A stretch of DNA of 45,020 bases from Candidatus Saccharimonadota bacterium (GTDB taxonomy: Bacteria > Patescibacteriota > Saccharimonadia > Saccharimonadales > JAICHO01), in assembly GCA_025924835.1 (NCBI GenBank), contig JAICHO010000004.1, forward strand, positions 1 to 45,020, given 5' to 3'. A model generated the notes under the pieces. That model was not told the origin of the DNA. It ran no database searches and was given only the letters and a program-made list of their open reading frames with translations. Positions within the stretch are counted from its first letter, which is position 1. Every line of letters begins with the position of its first letter. A program made the translations under genes and the position numbers. Shown piece after piece: positions 39,089-45,020 of this stretch.

Positions 39089-39169
39089 ATGATTGTGAAT
39101 AGTTTCAACTTTCTGAAGCAGCTTCTTCTCAGCCTATACGGGCTGTGCTTCAGCATAGTTGAAGCCTAG
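39089..39169 (+). CDS. Leucine-rich attenuator leader peptide
   Basis: MIVNSFNFLKQLLLSLYGLCFSIVEA*, with 6 Leu (CTT-CTT-CTC-x-CTA). The in-frame GTG at 39095 may be the true leaderless start. Protector 39138-49 : 39189-200; antiterminator 39158-67 : 39206-15. Confidence 0.8.
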   Translation: MIVNSFNFLKQLLLSLYGLCFSIVEA

Positions 39170-39201
39170 CCCCGATTTATCGGGGCCCAGCACAGTCCGT
39201 C

Positions 39202-39230
39202 AATCAGGCTTCAACAGGGTCTGATTTTTT
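39202..39230 (+). terminator. Intrinsic terminator of the Leu attenuator
   Basis: AATCAGGC...GTCTGATT followed by TTTT. Confidence 0.8.
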
Positions 39231-39252
39231 AATTTAATCTAGGAAACTAATT

Positions 39253-39471
39253 ATGACAGATACGGAATTAGGTATTTTAAGTAAGAACTTGCCAGTTGTG
39301 AGTGCGGCAGAGGCCGCAACAGCGCGGTTTGAAGAAACTTTCGGACGTTTCTATGGAGCCCAGCCGAGATGCGGCGTTGCTGTGGTTTATTTTGCAGGAA
39401 CAGAAGGTATTATGGATACACCAGACGAGCGGCCGCCAGTAAACGATTTTATGGCCAATATGATACCTTGA
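39253..39471 (+). CDS. Orphan 72-aa protein downstream of the Leu attenuator
   Basis: AGGA SD; ATG 22 nt after the terminator; no recognisable motif. Confidence 0.6.
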   Translation: MTDTELGILSKNLPVVSAAEAATARFEETFGRFYGAQPRCGVAVVYFAGTEGIMDTPDERPPVNDFMANMIP

Positions 39472-39496
39472 CAAATAACAATACTAGGAGCACTAT
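39468..39496 (+). promoter_or_regulatory. Putative promoter TTGACA-N17-CACTAT
   Basis: Consensus -35 overlapping the upstream stop codon; the -10 ends 6 nt before the leader ATG. Confidence 0.6.
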
Positions 39497-39502
39497 CAAA
39501 AC

Positions 39503-39559
39503 ATGACTCGGAACATTATTCTCGTGGTGATTACGACCCCACGCGGCGCGCGGTTCTGA
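39503..39559 (+). CDS. ilv-type attenuator leader peptide (Ile/Leu/Val/Thr)
   Basis: MTRNIILVVITTPRGARF*. Protector CTCGGAAC 39507-14 : GTTCTGAG 39553-60. Antiterminator GTTCTG 39553-58 : CAGAAC 39576-81 plus CGCGG : CCGCG 39586-90. Confidence 0.9.
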   Translation: MTRNIILVVITTPRGARF

Positions 39560-39578
39560 GAACGCATACAAAAACCAG

Positions 39579-39610
39579 AACGGCCCCGCGAAATCGGGGT
39601 CGTTTTATTT
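39579..39610 (+). terminator. Intrinsic terminator of the ilv attenuator
   Basis: AACGGCCCCG-cgaaat-CGGGGTCGTT followed by TTATTT. Confidence 0.88.
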
Positions 39611-39639
39611 TGGCAACCAGTAACCACTAGGAGGAGACA

Positions 39640-39957
39640 ATGAGTAGCAACAATTCCAGGTCATCGTGGCGAGAAAGAGTTCCGGCCATCGTTCCTGAAG
39701 ACAACAGTTATCTAGCCCTATCATTTGAAGAACGGTTAACCACCACCATAGCAGGTGACCCGCTTGGTGGCTACCGTGGCCTGGGTTGTCACGCAATGCT
39801 GCTGACCGAAGAATTTGCCGCGCGGGAGCACGCCGCTATGCAAGCTCAAACAATCGGCGTCGCCGCGTCGCAAGAACCTGGAGGCGCCACATTAGTAGAT
39901 GGTTTGGTCGCGGAAGTGGAATCATACCTTGATCAACAAGGTGCTCGGGTTTCATGA
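39640..39957 (+). CDS. Orphan 105-aa protein, first gene of the ilv-attenuated unit
   Basis: Strong AGGAGGA SD; stop overlaps the ridA start (ATGA). Confidence 0.7.
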   Translation: MSSNNSRSSWRERVPAIVPEDNSYLALSFEERLTTTIAGDPLGGYRGLGCHAMLLTEEFAAREHAAMQAQTIGVAASQEPGGATLVDGLVAEVESYLDQQGARVS

Positions 39958-40313
39958 CAACCTACGGTCCTTACACTCCCCTGAGACAGGCTGGGAACAT
40001 CTACTTCGTTTCCGGGCAGGTAGGTATACATGCAGACACGCAGATAGCAGCCAAAGATATCAGCAGCCAAACCGCCCAAGCGCTGGATAATCTTAAAGAC
40101 CTGCTGGCTCAAAATGGTCTCGGTATGGAGAACGTAGTCAAAACTACGATTTATTTAAAAAATATGGCAGACTTTGATGATATGAATACGACATACCTGA
40201 CGTACTTTACAGAGCCCAGACCGGCACGGTCCAGCGTAGAAGTAGCTGGGCTCCCTCGGCTGGCAGAAAATGAACTGCTCATAGAAATAGAGGCCGTTGT
40301 CTACAGACCATGA
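39954..40313 (+). CDS. ridA: RidA/YjgF family enamine deaminase
   Basis: GPYTP, FVSGQV, VVKTTIYL, RPARSSVEV..LP...IEIEAV. Confidence 0.92.
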   Translation: MTTYGPYTPLRQAGNIYFVSGQVGIHADTQIAAKDISSQTAQALDNLKDLLAQNGLGMENVVKTTIYLKNMADFDDMNTTYLTYFTEPRPARSSVEVAGLPRLAENELLIEIEAVVYRP

Positions 40314-41809
40314 CTGATGCGCTAAGGCAAACATTATTAGCCAGGGTTTACGATGCAGCCGTTGAAACACCTTTAGAATTAGCCCGCCATATTAGCGCCG
40401 AAACCGGCAATAACATCTATTTAAAACGTGAGGATTTACAGCCAGTACATTCCTTTAAGCTTCGGGGAGCTTACAATAAAATTGCCCATTTGTCTGCGAA
40501 GGAACGATCAAAAGGCGTTATAGCTGCCAGTGCCGGTAACCATGCTCAAGGCGTAGCGCTTAGCGCCAAAAAATTAGGTATACCTGCTGTAATTGTTATG
40601 CCAAAAACCACTCCCGAGATCAAGACCAATGCCGTACTTAGCTATGGAGCAAAGGTTGTATTGTTTGGTGACAATTACACTGAAGCATATGATCATTGCC
40701 AATCACTTATTAAAAAAACCGGCATGGTTTTTATTCACCCCTTTGATGACGCACTGGTTATAGCTGGCCAGGGTACGGTCGGACGCGAAATTCTGGAACA
40801 ATTGCCTGATACTTCACATATATTTATCCCGGTTGGGGGTGGTGGATTGCTTGGAGGTATTGCCCAGTACGTTAAAGAGCTACGTCCAGACATAAAAATC
40901 ATAGGCGTTGAACCGGACGACAGTAACGCTATGCAAATGTCTTTAAAAGCTGGCAAACGAATAATTTTGCCACACGTCGGCATTTTTGCTGATGGCGTGG
41001 CCGTAAAGCAAGTCGGTGAACGCACCTTTAAGCTGGCCCAACAATATGTAGACGATGTCATAACCGTCAACAATGATCAGCTTTGCGCGGCTATTAAATC
41101 GATATTTGAGGAAACGCGCAGCATCACGGAACCGGCTGGAGCTTTGGCAGTAGCCGGAGCAATAGTTTATGCCAAAACCCATAAGCTGCAAGGCAAAAAT
41201 CTAGTCACCATTTGTTCTGGCGCTAACATGACCTTTGAAAAACTGCAGTTTATAGCCGAACGGACCCTACTTGGAAGTGGTAAGGAAGCCTTATTTGCTG
41301 TTACCCTGGCCGAACAGCCCGGTGCGTTGCAGCGCTTTTGCGACGAGGTAGTCAATGGGCACAGTATTACTGAATTTAGCTATCGTTTGCATGATAGAAA
41401 TCAGGCACGTATTTTTGTAGGAATTACGGTAAACGGGTCGCTGGATAGATTACAATTTATTAAAAAAATGACGAGACACGGCTACGAATACGAGGACTTG
41501 ACATACGATGAAACTGCCAAAGAGCATGTTCGTCATATGATTGGCGGTCCGAGTTCGCTGACGCGCCATGAGCATGTATATCAGATCAACTTTCCGGAAC
41601 GGCCTGGCGCCTTAGGTGTTTTTTTACAAACTGTCGGTGATCAATGGAATATTTGTCTGTTCCATTACCGGGGCCAGGGCGGTGACATTGGCAAAGTACT
41701 AATCGGCTTTGAAGCCACCAGCAAGACCGAGCTAGAAACGCGTCTAAAGAAAATAGGCTATGAATTTGAGCCCATAGTTTCAAAAGCTATGGATATATTT
41801 CTGCACTAG
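40310..41809 (+). CDS. ilvA: Biosynthetic threonine ammonia-lyase with two C-terminal regulatory domains
   Basis: LKREDLQPVHSFKLRGA, ASAGNHAQG, GGGGL, FADGVAV, FPERPGAL, LFHYR. Confidence 0.97.
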   Translation: MTDALRQTLLARVYDAAVETPLELARHISAETGNNIYLKREDLQPVHSFKLRGAYNKIAHLSAKERSKGVIAASAGNHAQGVALSAKKLGIPAVIVMPKTTPEIKTNAVLSYGAKVVLFGDNYTEAYDHCQSLIKKTGMVFIHPFDDALVIAGQGTVGREILEQLPDTSHIFIPVGGGGLLGGIAQYVKELRPDIKIIGVEPDDSNAMQMSLKAGKRIILPHVGIFADGVAVKQVGERTFKLAQQYVDDVITVNNDQLCAAIKSIFEETRSITEPAGALAVAGAIVYAKTHKLQGKNLVTICSGANMTFEKLQFIAERTLLGSGKEALFAVTLAEQPGALQRFCDEVVNGHSITEFSYRLHDRNQARIFVGITVNGSLDRLQFIKKMTRHGYEYEDLTYDETAKEHVRHMIGGPSSLTRHEHVYQINFPERPGALGVFLQTVGDQWNICLFHYRGQGGDIGKVLIGFEATSKTELETRLKKIGYEFEPIVSKAMDIFLH

Positions 41810-41838
41810 GACTTCAAAAAGGAACGCTAGCATTATGC

Positions 41839-41867
41839 TTGATTAACTGTAAGAGAACAGGTATACT
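41839..41867 (+). promoter_or_regulatory. rplJL promoter TTGATT-N17-TATACT
   Basis: Near-consensus elements immediately upstream of the L10 leader. Confidence 0.75.
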
Positions 41868-41876
41868 TACAGGGTT

Positions 41877-41989
41877 ACCAAAGACAGCGACGGCTATGAC
41901 AAGCTTGATAATGTCGCCTAGGTGCAAACTTACAGTTTATTTTTGTTTGTGAGCGCATAAGACCTTTGGATAACACCAAAGGTCTTTTT
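41877..41989 (+). promoter_or_regulatory. L10 leader (L10(L12)n-binding RNA) with terminator hairpin
   Basis: CCAAAGACAGCGAC...ATAATGTCGCCTAGG resembles the AAGACAG...UAA...AGG L10-leader core. Followed by AAGACCTTTGG-ataaca-CCAAAGGTCTT-TTT (41959-89). Confidence 0.75.
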
Positions 41990-42037
41990 GGTACCAAAAC
42001 CGGCATGGTCGATCGGTTTAAAAACTTAGGAGAAATT

Positions 42038-42571
42038 ATGGCTCTTACAAAAGAGAAAAAGAATGAAGTAGTGAAAGACGTCGCGGATTTAGTCACGACA
42101 TCTAAATTAACGGTGGTGGCCGAATATAAAGGTACGCCCGTTAAGGCAATGCAAGCCCTGCGTCGCCAAGCACGTGACAATGGCACAAAAGTGTTGGTTG
42201 TAAAAAACCGTTTGGTAATTAAGGCACTGCAAAATAACGAAGCAACTAAGCAAACGGATACTGCCGCACTTACTGGCATGCTGTTATATGCATTTAATGC
42301 CGAAGACGAAGTTGCGCCTGCGCAGGTTCTGGCTACGTTTGCAAAAACACAACCAACCCTACAGTTCGTGGGCGCTATCACCGCCGAAGGTACCTTTATT
42401 GGTGCTGACGACGTTAAGGCGTTAGCCGCACTGCCAAGCAAGGAACAGCTGCGAAGCATGTTGGTCGGCACTTTGGCCGCACCGCTGAGTGGATTTATAA
42501 ACGTAATGACCGGCAATGTTCGTGGCGTACTTAATGTATTGAGCGCCCGGGCGGATGCATTGGGACAATAA
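42038..42571 (+). CDS. rplJ: 50S ribosomal protein L10
   Basis: MALTKEKKNEVV...VVKNRL...LAALPSKEQL; ATG 42038 follows AGGAGA. Confidence 0.97.
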   Translation: MALTKEKKNEVVKDVADLVTTSKLTVVAEYKGTPVKAMQALRRQARDNGTKVLVVKNRLVIKALQNNEATKQTDTAALTGMLLYAFNAEDEVAPAQVLATFAKTQPTLQFVGAITAEGTFIGADDVKALAALPSKEQLRSMLVGTLAAPLSGFINVMTGNVRGVLNVLSARADALGQ

Positions 42572-42586
42572 GAAAGGTTAGTTAAA

Positions 42587-42997
42587 ATGGCTGATGAAGA
42601 TAAGAAGGTGGAAACACCAAAAGAATTTGAAAAGATCGTAGCAGAACTGGACAAAATGAGCGCGCTGGAAATCAGCAAATTCGTTAAGTTCCTAGAAGAA
42701 TATTGGGGCGTTAGCGCTGCTGCTCCGGCTGTCGCTGTTGCTGCTGCACCGGCTGGCGGTGAAGCTGCTCCGGCTGAAGAGGCAAAAGCTGAATATGACG
42801 TCGTCCTAAAAGACGCAGGCGCTCAAAAAGTAGCCGTCATTAAAGCAGTAAAAGACTTAACAGGCCTGGGATTAGGCGAAGCCAAAGCTATCGTTGATGG
42901 CGCTCCTAAGACGGTTTTGGAAAAAGCTAAAAAAGAAGATGCTGATAACGCCAAAAAAGCCTTGGAGGCTGCTGGCGCTACCGTAGAATTAGCTTAA
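42587..42997 (+). CDS. rplL: 50S ribosomal protein L7/L12
   Basis: WGVSAAAP hinge, [30 protein letters not shown]. Confidence 0.99.
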   Translation: MADEDKKVETPKEFEKIVAELDKMSALEISKFVKFLEEYWGVSAAAPAVAVAAAPAGGEAAPAEEAKAEYDVVLKDAGAQKVAVIKAVKDLTGLGLGEAKAIVDGAPKTVLEKAKKEDADNAKKALEAAGATVELA

Positions 42998-43018
42998 GTT
43001 AAGAAGCTTAAGTATAAT

Positions 43019-43048
43019 AAAACGTCCGGTTGACCCCGGACGTTTTTT
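43019..43048 (+). terminator. Intrinsic (possibly bidirectional) terminator after rplL
   Basis: AAAACGTCCGG-ttgacc-CCGGACGTTTTTT. Confidence 0.92.
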
Positions 43049-43156
43049 GATTTATCCACAGTTTTCATGCTGTTTTTTTGACTTGCTACTGTGGACGTGC
43101 TACGGTAAGGCCAGAAGTGTATCAAATAAACACTTATGTGAGAGACGATTAATAAA

Positions 43157-43666
43157 ATGGCAGAAGTACCAGAAAAACAAATCAAAAGGTTAAAATCCTT
43201 AATTCAGGAGGCAGAAACAAGCTTGGCGGCAGCCAAGGAGTTATTGCTAAGTTTGGTTGGGGAAGATCCAGCTGTAAGCGCTGCAATTGCCGAGGAACAA
43301 CTTGGCAAAATTATTGAAGGTGTGTTTGACGGCCAAAACATGGTGGGATCAGACGGCAAGAACTACCCGGTGCCTGCAAATTACGCCAGTAAGTCAAAAT
43401 TGGTGCAAGGCGATATCCTCAAACTCACTATTGCAGATGACGGCTCATTTTTATACAAGCAAATTGGTCCGGTTCCCCGCAAACAAGTCGTTGGACTTCT
43501 TAAGTTGGAAAATGGTCATTACTATGTAGACGTTAACGGTAAGATGTTCCGCGTTCTGTTAGCCAGTGTAACTTACTTTAAAGCTAAGCCAGGCGACCAA
43601 GTTAGCGTAAACGTTCCAGAAGACGATTCCCACACCGAGTGGGCCGCCCTAGAAGCCGCCCTGTAA
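43157..43666 (+). CDS. Conserved hypothetical protein (N-terminal coiled coil plus beta-rich domain)
   Basis: Long ORF; I recall IIEGVFDGQNM..GKNYPVPANYASKSKL as a family common in CPR genomes near rplL (from memory, not searched). Confidence 0.8.
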   Translation: MAEVPEKQIKRLKSLIQEAETSLAAAKELLLSLVGEDPAVSAAIAEEQLGKIIEGVFDGQNMVGSDGKNYPVPANYASKSKLVQGDILKLTIADDGSFLYKQIGPVPRKQVVGLLKLENGHYYVDVNGKMFRVLLASVTYFKAKPGDQVSVNVPEDDSHTEWAALEAAL

Positions 43667-43761
43667 CAACGCCCTTGGTTAAGCAGAGCAACTTTCATGT
43701 CCAAAACAGCTGCACAAAATACGCAGCGTTCATAGCATCGTAAGCGTATAATAGATAATCT

Positions 43762-45020
43762 ATGGGGAAAGCACTTTACCGGAAATACCGGTCTAAATCG
43801 CTCGCCGAAATTATTGGTCAAGAGCATATAACGGATACCTTGGGCAACGCCCTTAAGCAGGGCACTATCAGTCATGCGTACTTGTTTACCGGACCGCGCG
43901 GTGTTGGCAAAACTAGCATTGCCCGGATTCTGGCATATGAAGTGAATGGGCTACCATACAACGAAGAACAGTCCCATTTGGATATCATAGAAATTGACGC
44001 GGCCAGCAACCGCAGAATTGATGAAATCAGGGAACTGAAGGAACGCGTACATGTTGCGCCAACCAGCGCAAAATACAAGGTATACATCATAGACGAGGTG
44101 CATATGCTAACAAAAGAGGCCTTTAATGCACTGCTAAAAACTCTTGAGGAGCCACCAGACCATGTGATATTTGTGCTCGCCACGACTGAAGCCCATAAAG
44201 TGCCCGAGACCATCATAAGCCGAACGCAACGATTTACGTTTAAGCCGGTGCCAACTAATAAGGTCGTTGAACACCTTAAATACATCGCCAAACAAGAAAA
44301 AGTTAAGATTGATGATGAAGCTTTAGAGTTAATTGCGGCGCACGGCGAGGGTAGCTTCCGCGACAGCATCAGCCTATTAGATCAGGTACGACATATGGAC
44401 GCCCATATAACCTTGGAGCATGTACAACGGGCATTGGGACAAGCTCCCGATATTACCCTTAGCAAGATTATAGAAACTATCGGCACCGGCGATCTGCCAT
44501 CGGTAGCAGCTAGCCTAAGTCAACTTCGCGAGCAGGGCATCCAGCCTTCCCAGATAGCACGCCAACTGTCAGAATTACTACGACAGGATATATTGCAAGA
44601 GCAATCAAAACTGCCGCGAGAGCTGACCTTAGACCTACTACAGAAGCTGGCGAGTATTCCAGCCGCACATGAACCGGGAATTAGCTTGGAGCTCGCGCTT
44701 TATGGCACCGCGCTAACCAACACTTCTGATAAAAAATTGGAGTCAATAGTACAAACACCCGACTCCATACCGAAAAAAGACCGCAAAGCCCACATCACCC
44801 AACCACTGCCCAGTTCCAAACCGGAAACACCACCTCCCTCCCAGACCGTAGATACGGCTGCGACGGATCAACTAAACAGCCAGGCATGGCAAACCATATT
44901 GACAGCGGATAAGGCCCACCACAATACGCTTTACGGCATAACCCGCATGGCAGTTCCTCATTTTGAGCCAGGTAAGTTAACGTTGACTTTCGCATTTGCA
45001 TTTCATCAAAAACGTTTGAA
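43762..45020 (+). CDS. dnaX: DNA polymerase III gamma/tau subunit (3' truncated by window; not in ORF track)
   Basis: MGKALYRKYR..IIGQEH..AYLFTGPRGVGKTS..IEIDAASN..IIDEVHML..FNALLKTLEEPP..TIISR; reading frame stays open to the window end. Confidence 0.96.
   Translation, partial: MGKALYRKYRSKSLAEIIGQEHITDTLGNALKQGTISHAYLFTGPRGVGKTSIARILAYEVNGLPYNEEQSHLDIIEIDAASNRRIDEIRELKERVHVAPTSAKYKVYIIDEVHMLTKEAFNALLKTLEEPPDHVIFVLATTEAHKVPETIISRTQRFTFKPVPTNKVVEHLKYIAKQEKVKIDDEALELIAAHGEGSFRDSISLLDQVRHMDAHITLEHVQRALGQAPDITLSKIIETIGTGDLPSVAASLSQLREQGIQPSQIARQLSELLRQDILQEQSKLPRELTLDLLQKLASIPAAHEPGISLELALYGTALTNTSDKKLESIVQTPDSIPKKDRKAHITQPLPSSKPETPPPSQTVDTAATDQLNSQAWQTILTADKAHHNTLYGITRMAVPHFEPGKLTLTFAFAFHQKRL

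Noticed and set aside
24706-43060. DnaA boxes as evidence for oriC
   Set aside because: Only isolated single boxes, with no cluster and no dnaA/dnaN nearby.
41875-44369. Long antisense ORFs (267 aa opposite rplJ, 165 aa opposite dnaX; similar ones opposite rplA and rpoA)
   Set aside because: Shadow frames of conserved genes; no motifs or RBS.
44773-44779. AAAAAAG in dnaX resembling the E. coli -1 frameshift site
   Set aside because: Wrong phase (CCG AAA AAA GAC rather than A AAA AAG), with no suitably spaced internal SD or clear downstream hairpin.

Overview
Core-genome region of a small-genome bacterium using genetic code 11. It is very probably Saccharibacteria/TM7 (CPR/Patescibacteria); this is inferred from the missing rpmD, the zinc-free ribosomal proteins, the GT4-GH57-GH15 cluster and the tmk-thyX fusion. 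The window holds the end of the S10/spc/alpha ribosomal superoperon (rpsQ to rpsI), then trpS-rluA-holB, and the tRNA-rpmG-tRNA-Trp-secE-nusG-rplK-rplA...rplJ-rplL backbone split by many insertions. It also has a nucleotide-metabolism block (HIT, kinase, dcd, tmk-thyX) and the 5' part of dnaX. The main unannotated signal is four complete ribosome-dependent transcription attenuators, each with a promoter, short leader peptide, protector helix, antiterminator and intrinsic terminator; all are too short for the ORF track. (1) A Tyr-Trp-Phe leader precedes a DAHP synthase II-tyrA-pheA-aminotransferase operon. (2-4) Three more are packed into about 800 bp at 38.86-39.61 kb: a Leu-rich one, an Ile/Leu/Val/Thr-rich one and one of uncertain specificity. 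In each of these three the first regulated gene is a small orphan ORF rather than a biosynthetic enzyme; only the Ile/Leu/Val/Thr unit continues into ridA-ilvA. Also seen: L1 and L10 autoregulatory leaders, orphan small ORFs wedged into operon junctions, apparent leaderless genes, and loss of Zn-binding motifs. All gene calls come from motif recognition and synteny; no database searches were run.
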